From Sunxiuqinia sp. (GTDB lineage Bacteria; Bacteroidota; Bacteroidia; Bacteroidales; Prolixibacteraceae): a DNA stretch of 60,369 bases. A program made the position numbers and the translations under genes. Of this stretch, positions 1 through 9,779 are shown piece by piece. The notes beneath the pieces were generated by a model. The model was not told the origin of the DNA, ran no database searches, and saw only the letters and a program-made list of their open reading frames with translations. Every line of letters starts with the position of its first letter. Position 1 is the first letter of the stretch. The stretch covers positions 1-60,369 of the forward strand of contig QKCF01000393.1 of the NCBI GenBank assembly GCA_003246935.1. The letters are read 5' to 3'.

Positions 1-587
1 GTCTTTTTGCGTCGCTGCACCTCAACTTTCATTTTGGCTCCTTCCGGCTCTTCAGCCTTTGCTCCCGTAAAGTATTGTTGTGCCCCCTTTCGAAACGTGT
101 AGGTCCCGAAAGCCGTGTACGGCTCGTCTTCACCCGGTTCCTTTGGATCAATAATGGTCTCCATCCATTTATTCAATCCTCCCTGCATCACATAGGTGCT
201 TTTGTAGCCCAGTCTTTTGGTCAGTACCCAAGCCTGGTCGGCGGCGATGTCGTCATTCGACACAAAAACAACCCGTGTTCCGGGAATGCCGAAATAAGTT
301 AAGCTTGATGGATTAATCAGACTATCGAGCGGAACATTAATCGCTCGCGGCAAAGCATATTTCTCAAATTCAGAAGAAGGCCGAACATCGATGATTTCAA
401 GCGACGGATCACCATGAATAATCATTTCTGCCACTTGATCGGTATTTACATATCGAGTAGGCTGAACCATCTCAACCAGCAATTGTTGTGGCTCAATCTG
501 TTTTAGTCCTGGCTCATAATTAACCATCACAGTACCGACAGCCAGAACCAACATTAGAATTGTCAGGTAGATATAATTTCTGTTCAT
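1..587 (-). CDS. Membrane-anchored rhodanese-like domain protein, 3' end outside window
   Basis: Absent from ORF track (no stop in window). Hand translation from ATG at 587: MNRNYIYLTILMLVLAVG...LEIIDVRPSSEFEKYALPRAINVP...YVMQGGLNKW; IDVR, A-I-N-V-P and GG-x-x-x-W are rhodanese hallmarks; starts 3 bp after YeeE stop. Confidence 0.85.
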   Translation of the reverse strand, partial: MNRNYIYLTILMLVLAVGTVMVNYEPGLKQIEPQQLLVEMVQPTRYVNTDQVAEMIIHGDPSLEIIDVRPSSEFEKYALPRAINVPLDSLINPSSLTYFGIPGTRVVFVSNDDIAADQAWVLTKRLGYKSTYVMQGGLNKWMETIIDPKEPGEDEPYTAFGTYTFRKGAQQYFTGAKAEEPEGAKMKVEVQRRKK

Positions 588-590
588 TTG

Positions 591-1193
591 CTAGAATTTA
601 TATTCGGTCATGTTTTTGCGAACACGCTTCTCAATCAACATTGTTCCCCAAAAAGCAGCTAGTGCAACCACGGTGAAAGCCAATGCAACCCAGGAAGCCG
701 GAATACCAAAAGCTTCAGTAATGGTCATATTCCCCAGATCTCCACTGCTGTAAAAATCGCCAAACAGAGGGAATGTTTCAGAGAACACAAAAATACCAAG
801 ATAAAGGCCGATGGTAAACACAATGCCATCAAGCTTGCCAATTGCGACTGCTGTAAAGCTGGTTCCCGGGCAAAAACCACCCATAATAAAACCAATCCCC
901 ATGATGACACCTCCAACAATCATCGGGGTGAGATAAGTAGGCAGGATAAATATTTTTGACAGGTCGAGCCAGCCAAAATAGCTGAAATAAAGCAAACCGA
1001 CCATAGCCACAATCAACGCCGTGAAGAATACGCGTAAAACCACAAAGTTGTAGCCATAAAAAACGCCGACGATGTTTCGTGAAGAAGAGAAACCGGAGGC
1101 TTCGAGAATAAACCCAAAAGCAATGCCCAGAATAAGGGCAATGACGAAGTCCCAGCCAGTTCCGATTATACCGTTAGGAATTAATGGACACAT
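591..1193 (-). CDS. YeeE/YedE family sulfur-compound transporter
   Basis: Hydrophobic, Gly-rich, GFCPGT motif. Confidence 0.88.
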   Translation of the reverse strand: MCPLIPNGIIGTGWDFVIALILGIAFGFILEASGFSSSRNIVGVFYGYNFVVLRVFFTALIVAMVGLLYFSYFGWLDLSKIFILPTYLTPMIVGGVIMGIGFIMGGFCPGTSFTAVAIGKLDGIVFTIGLYLGIFVFSETFPLFGDFYSSGDLGNMTITEAFGIPASWVALAFTVVALAAFWGTMLIEKRVRKNMTEYKF

Positions 1194-1289
1194 ATTTTAA
1201 TTTTTTAATGATTAATGTTGAATATTTATTGACTGTCTGTAATTGACCAGCTCGTTCATTAACGACTAATCAATAATCATTAATAAACT

Positions 1290-1826
1290 CTAAATCCACA
1301 ACTTGCGGAAGAAATAGGCAACGGCGTAACCGGTTCCGAAAATGGCAAACATCACAACCGCTCCCCCCAGAGCGAATGTTGCCGTACCACTCAGCGCAGC
1401 GCCACTTGTACATCCGCGGCCAAACTGACTACCAATTCCGAATAGCATACCACCGATCAGCGCAAAGATGAGGCGGGTTTTACTTGTAATTCTCGGGCTG
1501 TGTTCAGTACGCAACTTTTTAACACGTCCAAATACAATTCCTGAAAGCAAGCCCCCCAGAAAGATCCCTATGGTTTCAAATACCAGCCATGTGTACATTG
1601 GAGAATGATCGTCGCTAATAAACTTCTTCATGTAGGCATTCGACTCCGCTTGCTCCGGCGTAAACACATGAGCCGTAGTTACCACTGTACTTTTAATTGC
1701 ACCGCTGGCCCCCAAACCGCGTCCCGTTATCAAAACGGTGACCAGTACAAGAAGCCCTAACAACACACCACCCAAGTAGGGATTAATGTATTTAGGTTCT
1801 TTATTTATTGTTTGATGTTTATTCAT
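1290..1826 (-). CDS. YeeE/YedE family sulfur-compound transporter
   Basis: Hydrophobic, GRGCTSG motif, GLGASG segment. Confidence 0.88.
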   Translation of the reverse strand: MNKHQTINKEPKYINPYLGGVLLGLLVLVTVLITGRGLGASGAIKSTVVTTAHVFTPEQAESNAYMKKFISDDHSPMYTWLVFETIGIFLGGLLSGIVFGRVKKLRTEHSPRITSKTRLIFALIGGMLFGIGSQFGRGCTSGAALSGTATFALGGAVVMFAIFGTGYAVAYFFRKLWI

Positions 1827-1847
1827 AGTAGGTCTATTTTTTAATGA

Positions 1848-2789
1848 TCAATATAAATAACGGGTAATTTGTCCTGCCTCAACCATGATGAAACGGAACA
1901 TTAAACCTCCAAAGAGGATGAGAACCGCTGGCAGCCACTTCGGAACATGATACCCTAATAGTTCTAAAGTTTCGAGAACTGCGGGAAAAATGAGCCCCAG
2001 AGCCACCACAAACACCCAAAAAGTAACAGTAAATGGTCCACCAAGGAAGAGATTTGCCGCCTCGATCGCAGTTTCCGATCCGGCCAGAAATCCCATAAAC
2101 AAGTGGGTAATCAGGAACAGTTCAATCACAATAAAAATAAGGTCAATCTGACTTAATCGCTTGCGTTCTTTCGGGTCTTTACTAAGCAAAATTGTTGTCG
2201 CCAAACCTGTTGAAAAACCGGAAACAAGGAACAAGGGACCCAAGATCGATGTATTCCACAAAGGACGGGCATTAAATGCCGACAACAGAATACCTGTATA
2301 AACCCCAAGGATGACAGCATATACCATCATTACCCAAGCCAGGCCAACCCGATTTTTAATCACCCAAGCTTCGAACTTATTCAGAAAAGAGAATTTCCAA
2401 TCCCACCAAGGGAAGATTTCTTTCATATAACTGGCTACCCAAACAAGAGACAACGGCGTAATCACCATTAACGTCCAGGCCCCCCAAGACATTGGAGAGT
2501 CCAAACGAACAGTCGTATATAATTGCCAGAAATACAATTCGTGTTTCAGATCCCAAAATAATGCACCGAGACCAAGCACCAAAGCAATCGGCGCCAATAG
2601 TGGTGCCCATTTTACAGTAGCTTGCATTCTGTCAGCCTTACCTCTCACTGTATAAAAACCGGCAAAAAACAAGATCCCGGCTGCCAAACCACCCAGAAAA
2701 AGATAAAGTGGAATTTGCCAGTGCCAAATATTCAGGTACGGATCAATATTGGGAATATCGCGTCCGCTAACAAATAATTCTTCGTTCAT
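1848..2789 (-). CDS. psrC: Polysulfide reductase membrane subunit, NrfD/PsrC family
   Basis: W-x-W-x-I-x-x-YLFLGGLAAG, SPMSWGAW, RPLWN motifs; ~8 TM segments. Confidence 0.88.
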   Translation of the reverse strand: MNEELFVSGRDIPNIDPYLNIWHWQIPLYLFLGGLAAGILFFAGFYTVRGKADRMQATVKWAPLLAPIALVLGLGALFWDLKHELYFWQLYTTVRLDSPMSWGAWTLMVITPLSLVWVASYMKEIFPWWDWKFSFLNKFEAWVIKNRVGLAWVMMVYAVILGVYTGILLSAFNARPLWNTSILGPLFLVSGFSTGLATTILLSKDPKERKRLSQIDLIFIVIELFLITHLFMGFLAGSETAIEAANLFLGGPFTVTFWVFVVALGLIFPAVLETLELLGYHVPKWLPAVLILFGGLMFRFIMVEAGQITRYLY

Positions 2790-2808
2790 CTTCGTATCAT
2801 TTTTGCGG

Positions 2809-3342
2809 TTAGGTTAGAAAATACAATTGAGGTTTTGTTCCGGCTTCAGGCGCCAGCACTTTCCACTTGCGGTCTTTCAGTGCCAGTGAAACATCACTAT
2901 TCGGATCGTCCAGGTCGCCAAAATGCAGACAGTGCGTCGGACAGACATCGACACATGCCGTTTTTTGTCCTTTTTCCACCCGATGTATACAGAATGTACA
3001 CTTATCAACATAGCCTTCGGGATGCGGGTAACGTGCATCGTAAGGGCACGACTGGATACAAGCTCCGCAACCAATACATTTATGATGCGTCACCAACACA
3101 ATTCCACCCTCTGCCTTATGACTGGCTCCCGTTGGGCAGCAGCGCACACAAGGTGAATTATCGCAATGATTGCAACGCTCTGAACGGAATTCCAGGCTCA
3201 GGCTTGGATAGGTTCCGTCAACCCGCTCTACAATCCAGTCTCGGCAGTAGCCATGCGGCACATTATTTTCAGTTTGACAGGCCACGACACAGTCGCCGCA
3301 GCCGACACACTTCTTGGTGTCTATCGCCATAGCATATCTCAT
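2809..3342 (-). CDS. psrB: 4Fe-4S electron-transfer subunit, PsrB/NrfC/DmsB type
   Basis: CVGCGDCVVAC, CNHCDNSPCVRCCP, CIGCGACIQSCP, KCTFC...CVDVCP; 4-bp overlap with upstream gene. Confidence 0.92.
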   Translation of the reverse strand: MRYAMAIDTKKCVGCGDCVVACQTENNVPHGYCRDWIVERVDGTYPSLSLEFRSERCNHCDNSPCVRCCPTGASHKAEGGIVLVTHHKCIGCGACIQSCPYDARYPHPEGYVDKCTFCIHRVEKGQKTACVDVCPTHCLHFGDLDDPNSDVSLALKDRKWKVLAPEAGTKPQLYFLT

Positions 3343-4094
3343 GCTTTATCCTCCTTTCTTTCTGTTGCAGGATTTTCTTTCAGGAATGTTATAAAGTTTC
3401 CACGCATACCGGTTCCACCCATAATCGGGTCGACAGCAATGTTCGTAATCAACTCTTCGTCGCTGGCTCCGCGACCAAATGCGCGCGACAATTTTTTATC
3501 GGAATGGCCGAAACCATGCACCATGTAAACCGAATCCCAACGGATACGCTCGGTAACCCTCACTTTAACAGGGAAAGTCGTAATGGCTCCATCCTGATTT
3601 TTCAACCATACTTCCTGGTCTTTTTTCAATCCCCACAAGTCAGCAACTTTCGGGTTCACCCACACAGCATTTTCGCTCATCAAATCCCACAAGTTAGGGT
3701 TATTCGACGTCCGGCTAAAGGTGTGCATTGGCGCACGCCCATAAATTAACCGATAGAAATTTTGCGGTGGTTCCGGATGTGCTTTGTAAACCGGCATGGC
3801 GTCAAATCCCTCATCTGCCAAATCAACCGAATAAAGTTCAACCTTTCCGGTACTTGTATTGAATTTGAACTCTTCGCCTTCACCCAGGTATAGCGGGCCA
3901 CTTTTACGCGGGTATTCCTTCACGCCAATCTTTTTCATCTCTTCGAGCGATGTTCCCATCTGTTTCAACTGCCAATCGATCACTTCCGAGAAATCGTTGT
4001 AGTTGAAGTAGTCATGCAAACCCAAACGCTCGCCAATTTGCTTGGTGATCCACCAGCCCGGTTTCGATTCGTATTTTGGCTCAGCAGCGGGCAC
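3339..4094 (-). CDS. psrA: C-terminal part of molybdopterin oxidoreductase PsrA/PhsA (split by frameshift near 4095)
   Basis: AEPKYESKP, TSTGKVELYS, HTFSRT, VYMVHGFGH: molybdopterin dinucleotide-binding domain; continues the upstream ORF in another frame. Confidence 0.8.
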   Translation of the reverse strand: MPAAEPKYESKPGWWITKQIGERLGLHDYFNYNDFSEVIDWQLKQMGTSLEEMKKIGVKEYPRKSGPLYLGEGEEFKFNTSTGKVELYSVDLADEGFDAMPVYKAHPEPPQNFYRLIYGRAPMHTFSRTSNNPNLWDLMSENAVWVNPKVADLWGLKKDQEVWLKNQDGAITTFPVKVRVTERIRWDSVYMVHGFGHSDKKLSRAFGRGASDEELITNIAVDPIMGGTGMRGNFITFLKENPATERKEDKA

Positions 4095-5586
4095 AAATAT
4101 TCGGCACGCGGTTCGGTGCAGACCGAATGAAATCGTAACGTTCCAGATAAGTCGCCTCAGGAAGAATCACATCAGCGTAGCCGGTAATTTCCATCGGCAT
4201 AGTATCCATCACCGCAATAAATTCAACTGATTCGGCTGCTTCTTTAAAGAGTTTTTTATCCGGCATCGACAAAGGGAGATTTGTTCCACCCACAAACCAG
4301 GCTTTTACCTGATGTTTATATCCAAATCGAGGAACTGACGCTTTTAACAGCTCTGTCGTAATCCCCATCGTTGCCAAAGGATATTTGCCTTCATTAACAT
4401 CTTTCCAGGTCCATTCCGGTTCCGGGTAATGAGGTTGCGGATATTTTGGGACACTGACTCCTTCAGGTAAGTACAAACTTCCGCGTTTTCCCCAAGCGCC
4501 GAGCAGCGCTGTCAGGATAGCCATTGCACGTTCGCGCTGGGTATCGTCACCATACCAAACCACGTGGCGCCCGGGGTGGATCACCACTGCGGGTGCTGCA
4601 CCCGCCATTGCGCGAGCCGTTTTCCGGATCACATCCGGTTTAATATCTGTAATTCCGTAGGCCCACTCCGGTGTCATGTTTTTCACATGTTTCTTCAGGT
4701 GGTCTAAACCGAATGTATATTGATCAACAAAAGCTTTGTTGTATAAATTTTCGTAAATCAGCACATGAATCCAAGCCATTAACAAGGCAATATCAGTTGC
4801 CGGTTTAATGGGCAGCCAGTGAGTTGAATGGGCTGCTGCTGTCGAGAAACGCGGGTCAACCGTAATGATTGTCGCTCCATTATCGATGGCTTGCGACATT
4901 TCCTGAACCTGTGAGTTGTGCATATTCTCGCCCAAATGCGAACCGATCAGCACCAGGCACTCTGTATCGCGAATATCGGTACACTCGGGAGAACCGATAT
5001 AAGCTCCGAAAGTAGCATAGTAGGCAGAAGAACGAGGTCCTCGGCAATTAGCGAAGGCTGGTTCAGCATTCGTTTCCGATCCATATGCACGCATCAGATG
5101 TTCGAGGTGAGCACCTGGGTTTCCGTGGTTAAATAAACCGAAAGCTTCCGGACCATACGTATCTTTCACTTCCTTCATTTTTGAAGCAACCAAATCCAAT
5201 GCTTCTTCCCACGAAGCTTCCCGGAATTCCTGCGAACCATCAGCTTTCTTTACCCGAATCAGCGGTGTTTTCAACCGGTCTTCATCGTAATACATGCCTA
5301 TGCCTCCGGTTCCCCGCGGACACAGCCGACCATTACAATGTGGATCATTTTGGTTTCCGACAATCTTCCTGACCCGGCCCTGTTTATCGACATAAGCCCA
5401 TCCGGCACATTTCCAGAAACATACTTCGCAGTAAGTTGCATAGGGTGTCAGATCTTCATCACTGACAGGTCCTTCAATTTTCGACTCAAACCACTTGAAC
5501 TTTTTGGCCCCGAATGCACTCAATCCAAGCACTGTTGCTCCGGTACCAACTGCTGAAATCTTGATAAAATCCCGTCTAGTTTTCAT
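4081..5586 (-). CDS. psrA: N-terminal part of Tat-exported molybdopterin oxidoreductase, polysulfide/thiosulfate reductase catalytic subunit (frameshifted)
   Basis: TRRDFIK twin-arginine signal; CEVCFWKC...LCPRG FS0 cluster; FANCRGP putative Cys Mo ligand; ADVILPEATYLER; stops prematurely after RVPNI. Confidence 0.85.
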   Translation of the reverse strand: MKTRRDFIKISAVGTGATVLGLSAFGAKKFKWFESKIEGPVSDEDLTPYATYCEVCFWKCAGWAYVDKQGRVRKIVGNQNDPHCNGRLCPRGTGGIGMYYDEDRLKTPLIRVKKADGSQEFREASWEEALDLVASKMKEVKDTYGPEAFGLFNHGNPGAHLEHLMRAYGSETNAEPAFANCRGPRSSAYYATFGAYIGSPECTDIRDTECLVLIGSHLGENMHNSQVQEMSQAIDNGATIITVDPRFSTAAAHSTHWLPIKPATDIALLMAWIHVLIYENLYNKAFVDQYTFGLDHLKKHVKNMTPEWAYGITDIKPDVIRKTARAMAGAAPAVVIHPGRHVVWYGDDTQRERAMAILTALLGAWGKRGSLYLPEGVSVPKYPQPHYPEPEWTWKDVNEGKYPLATMGITTELLKASVPRFGYKHQVKAWFVGGTNLPLSMPDKKLFKEAAESVEFIAVMDTMPMEITGYADVILPEATYLERYDFIRSAPNRVPNICARC

Positions 5587-6103
5587 GCGCGGTTAGTTTC
5601 AATCAGTTTAGTTAATATTCCGTATGCAAAGCTGGCTGTTTAGATAATATAAAAAGACAATATTTTATCTACCAGTTAGGCTATGCAAATATTTATAGTT
5701 TTAGATATACCGACAAATATAGAAGTTAAATCGAAATATGCTCAACCTTGATTCTAATTTGAAAACATTAAAAATAACGAACCATATTTCAGATATTAAG
5801 GTGTTTTTATTACTCATGATATGTAAATAAAAAAAAGACCAACAACACGAAAAAACTGAAATTCCGGTCATCATGCCATCCACCGCATCGCTCGCTAAAC
5901 TCATAAACTTTGAGTGACTTAATGTCTTCTCAATATCACCTTCCAACATCCATTCAAAATAAACTTTTATTCAAATTAATAAGACAGAACGATGCTTTTT
6001 TCAATGTGTTATAGAATAGCACCTGTGGGAAAGCACTTATATATAACATTACAGATATTTTCATTTATCATTTTATTATTTTTGAAGCTCAAAGTAAGGG
6101 GTA

Positions 6104-6493
6104 ATGAAAGTGAACAGACGAACATTTATAAATATAGCCATGACGGTGACTATCGGTCTGTTCGTCGCAATATGGAATAAAATCTCACTTACGCAGATGA
6201 ACCAGAGTAAAAAACGCAAGCGAACTTTACCTTTTGACAAAAGCAAGCAAATTGCATTCATCGACGAATTTATCATCATCAATCAAGCCGGTGAAACCAT
6301 GGTTTTTCTATCACACTGTACCCATTTGGGTTGTAAAATCAACCAGACGAACAACAGCAAACTGGTTTGTCCATGTCATGGTTCGGAGTACGATTTGGAT
6401 GGCCAGGTTATCAAAGGACCAGCTTACAAAAACCTAAGAGCGGTCAATTTTGAAATATCAGAGAACAGCTCACAAATTGAAATAGAAAATTAA
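6104..6493 (+). CDS. Rieske 2Fe-2S protein
   Basis: NRRTFI Tat-like anchor; CTHLGC and CPCHGS boxes; GPA. Confidence 0.93.
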   Translation: MKVNRRTFINIAMTVTIGLFVAIWNKISLTQMNQSKKRKRTLPFDKSKQIAFIDEFIIINQAGETMVFLSHCTHLGCKINQTNNSKLVCPCHGSEYDLDGQVIKGPAYKNLRAVNFEISENSSQIEIEN

Positions 6494-6494
6494 G

Positions 6495-9203
6495 ATGGCT
6501 GCTGGCAAAAAACATAAAACAACCTTTGGGACAATCGCTTTAAGTCTGTTTTGCCTCGTGCTCTTTTCCGGTGTTTTGCTGGCTATTCCTTTCGATGCAG
6601 ATTCACCCTACCTGAGCATCAGCAGCATAATGGTGACCAATCCCTGGGCGTCGCTCATCCGAAACCTACACTATTGGAGCTCTCAGTTTTTCTTAGTATT
6701 CAGTCTAATTCACCTCTACGATCATTTTCATCACAAGGAGAGAATTGGATTAAAAGCCAGCATGGCGTTGCGACTAAGCCTTGGTGTACTCATTATTTTT
6801 CTGGCCATGTTGACCGGCTTTCTATTAAAGGGCGACGCCGACAGCTTACAGGCCCGACAAATTCTGGAAACCCTTACACAACGAATCCCATTAATAGGTA
6901 GCTCACTTGCCTATTCCCTACTGGGAAATGCAGACAGTTTTCAACTAATCTACGTCCACCACATTGCCACTTTTACGGTTTTTATAACCATCGTCATGGT
7001 GGAGCATAGCAGAAGATTTTGGCCTTCTGCGTTCGAATTTCTACTCACTACTGTTGGTACACTTTTGGTGAGCTATCTCTTCAGCGCACCTCTGCACGAC
7101 AACCAAAACCCAACAGTCAAAGGTCCCTGGTATTTTGTCGGCTTCCAGGAAATTCTGCACTGGTTCAGCCATCCGGAATGGACCTTACTGATTCTTGTGC
7201 TGATGCTAGCATTGGTATACATTGTTAATACCGATAAAGGAAAGCTGGTTTTCATCAGTAAACGAAGCCTGCTAATCTTCACAGGGCTCTATCTGCTATT
7301 GACAATCATAGGCCTTTTCTTTCGCGGGGAGCATTGGACCTGGACTTATCCCGGTGCTGCAAATTATAACTACAACGTTTTACACAATTTCAAATCACCG
7401 ATGGTCAAATTCTATCCGGATTTTAAACCGGATGAAGCCGTCACCGCCCCCATAATCATTGGAAGAAAAGAGAGTTGCCTGATCTGCCACAACCAAACTC
7501 ACGGATTCGTTGATGCACATAAACCTGAGGCGATTGGCTGTTTCTCTTGTCACGGCGGCGATCCTTTTGCAACCGACAAAAACCAATCGCACAGAAACAT
7601 AATCCTAATTCCGGGCAACCTAATCAATGCATCACAGTCGTGTGGCACCATGCAATGTCACCCCAACATCGTTGAACGGGTTCCCACAGGACTGATGTCT
7701 ACACTCAGCGGAATGATCAGTGTCGATCGATTCGTTTTTAACGAACAGGACAATCCCGACCAACTGACAGATGTTCATCAACTGCGCAATTCTCCGGCCG
7801 ATGAGCATTTAAAAAACTTATGCGTCCGATGCCACCTCGGAAACCTCAAAACAGAAATCGGCCCTGTTACCGAAATGAGCCGCGGCGGAGGATGTCTAGC
7901 CTGCCACCTAAATTACTGTAGCGAAGCAGAAAAAGAATTGACTGAGAATACAAATGAGACTCGAGAATTTCACCCTTCCGTTAGCTTGAAGATAACAAAT
8001 AACCATTGCTTTGGCTGCCACAGTCGTTCGGGCCGAATTTCCACCAATTACGAAGGATGGCACGAAACTACACTTGATGCGAGCGAAATGCCCAATGACT
8101 ACAATTACCGATTGGTTGAAGGAAGTCGTGTGTTCATCAAAGAGCCGGAGGATGTTCACCACAAAGCCGGCATGGAATGTATCGATTGTCATCATTCGTA
8201 CGAGCTAATGGGCGACGGCAAGCACTATGCCCACCAAGAAGACCAGCAGGACGTTCAGTGCAGCGATTGTCATTTTTCAGGAAACGGGAACACCATTGCT
8301 GCATCCGATTTGGACAACGAATCAGCCCTAATCGCAGCCTTGCGCTTTGGGAATATTAACAACCGGACGCTGTTGAAAACGCAAAAACACGAACACGCGC
8401 TAATCAACACATCAATCGAAAATGATTCTGTATTCCTTTACTCCAAGAACTCAGGCAAGAAAAGGCAGATGAAAGCTCCCACAACGATATGCGCGCGCAA
8501 CAATGCCCATCAAAACATGGCTTGCTCAAGTTGTCACAGTGCGTGGGCGCCAAGCTGCATTGGCTGTCACAACAGCTACGATCCCAACGAACCCGGTTAC
8601 GACATGATTCGCAATGGAGAAAAACGAGGGAGCTGGGTCGAATATATTGGAACCTACGCTGCCAAAGAACCCGCTTTGGGCATTCGGGTTTCGGAGGAAA
8701 AAACAGAAGTAATTCCGGTGACACCAGGAATGGTGCTCACCATTGATAAAAAGTCATATCCGCAATCTAAAGGAGACTCTGTGATCTTCCACCGGCTGTT
8801 TGCACCAACTGCACCACATACCACTTCAGCCAAAGTCCGTGATTGTAAAAGTTGTCATAACAACCCGGTGGCCTTGGGATTTGGGGAGGGTGAACTTACA
8901 TACAAAGTTGCTGACGGTAAAGGTAGGTGGTCATTTAATGCCACCTACGAAGACGATCCAAATGATGGACTTCCGGCAGATGCATGGACCGGATTTTTGG
9001 AAAATCGAGAAGGTACTGTTTCAACCCGAACAAACGTGAAACCTTTCACCTTGGCACAACAGCAAGAAATATTGACAGTAGGTACCTGCTTAAATTGCCA
9101 CGATGAAAACTCAGGAGTAATGATGCAAAGCCTCAACAACTACCAAGAACTACTCAAAAAAACAAGCAACCACTGCATTCTGCCCGACTGGAATCAACAT
9201 TAA
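6495..9203 (+). CDS. Cytochrome b (b6 + subunit IV-like) fused to multiheme cytochrome c
   Basis: IRNLHYW...IH and VHH...EH His pairs, TGFLL, KGPWYF at the PEWY position; C-terminal ~580 aa has 11 CxxCH plus one CX4CH (CGTMQCH). Confidence 0.85.
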   Translation: MAAGKKHKTTFGTIALSLFCLVLFSGVLLAIPFDADSPYLSISSIMVTNPWASLIRNLHYWSSQFFLVFSLIHLYDHFHHKERIGLKASMALRLSLGVLIIFLAMLTGFLLKGDADSLQARQILETLTQRIPLIGSSLAYSLLGNADSFQLIYVHHIATFTVFITIVMVEHSRRFWPSAFEFLLTTVGTLLVSYLFSAPLHDNQNPTVKGPWYFVGFQEILHWFSHPEWTLLILVLMLALVYIVNTDKGKLVFISKRSLLIFTGLYLLLTIIGLFFRGEHWTWTYPGAANYNYNVLHNFKSPMVKFYPDFKPDEAVTAPIIIGRKESCLICHNQTHGFVDAHKPEAIGCFSCHGGDPFATDKNQSHRNIILIPGNLINASQSCGTMQCHPNIVERVPTGLMSTLSGMISVDRFVFNEQDNPDQLTDVHQLRNSPADEHLKNLCVRCHLGNLKTEIGPVTEMSRGGGCLACHLNYCSEAEKELTENTNETREFHPSVSLKITNNHCFGCHSRSGRISTNYEGWHETTLDASEMPNDYNYRLVEGSRVFIKEPEDVHHKAGMECIDCHHSYELMGDGKHYAHQEDQQDVQCSDCHFSGNGNTIAASDLDNESALIAALRFGNINNRTLLKTQKHEHALINTSIENDSVFLYSKNSGKKRQMKAPTTICARNNAHQNMACSSCHSAWAPSCIGCHNSYDPNEPGYDMIRNGEKRGSWVEYIGTYAAKEPALGIRVSEEKTEVIPVTPGMVLTIDKKSYPQSKGDSVIFHRLFAPTAPHTTSAKVRDCKSCHNNPVALGFGEGELTYKVADGKGRWSFNATYEDDPNDGLPADAWTGFLENREGTVSTRTNVKPFTLAQQQEILTVGTCLNCHDENSGVMMQSLNNYQELLKKTSNHCILPDWNQH

Positions 9204-9206
9204 AGC

Positions 9207-9779
9207 CTACTCCGATAATTGGGATAGCTCTTCAGGCCGATTTAGGTTATAAAAAAGCCTGGGGTGCTTATCAACCAAATGCTCAACGTTGACAAGATTC
9301 AAGTTACACGACTGAATAATACGCTGCATTTTATAATTCTTTTCGATCAACTGATTCTCAAAAAACGAAGCCATCTCTTTGCGGTAAACCGCAACAAGTG
9401 GTTCAATTCCTCCTCTATGAACAGGCACAACAGCATCGAAACCTTCTGTTTCAGCCAGCACAATATGAAGTAAATCGGGCTCAACAAAAGGAACATCACA
9501 ACTAACAATCAGGTTATAGTCGTAATTACTCTCGCTTAAGGCCGCATGCAATCCTCCCACTGGGCCACAGTCTCGATAAACGTCAGATACAGTTTTAAAG
9601 CCGAATCCCTCGTAGCCAGCCTGATTGGTACTAATTATTATTTCGGAGCAGAAAGGTTGCAACAGTTCAATCGCATATTCAACCAAGCGCTTTCCCTGGA
9701 AAGTCATTAAACCCTTATCGGTGCCCATACGAGAGCTTTTCCCTCCAGCCAAAATAATCCCTCCGACATGTTTCGCCAT
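9207..9779 (-). CDS. mobA: Molybdenum cofactor guanylyltransferase
   Basis: ILAGGKSSRMGTDK, GPVGGL, CDVPF, EPL, NLNRPE. Confidence 0.93.
   Translation of the reverse strand: MAKHVGGIILAGGKSSRMGTDKGLMTFQGKRLVEYAIELLQPFCSEIIISTNQAGYEGFGFKTVSDVYRDCGPVGGLHAALSESNYDYNLIVSCDVPFVEPDLLHIVLAETEGFDAVVPVHRGGIEPLVAVYRKEMASFFENQLIEKNYKMQRIIQSCNLNLVNVEHLVDKHPRLFYNLNRPEELSQLSE

Noticed and set aside
2835-3332. Long antisense ORFs (also 39401-39925, 48717-49289, 12763-13134)
   Set aside because: Shadows of well-supported genes on the opposite strand with no recognisable motifs
4081-4083. Selenocysteine readthrough of the psrA TGA
   Set aside because: The downstream half is in a different frame, so readthrough would not restore the protein
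5701-6282. Short ORFs in the psrA-Rieske intergenic region
   Set aside because: No motifs, AT-rich, overlap promoter region or the Rieske gene
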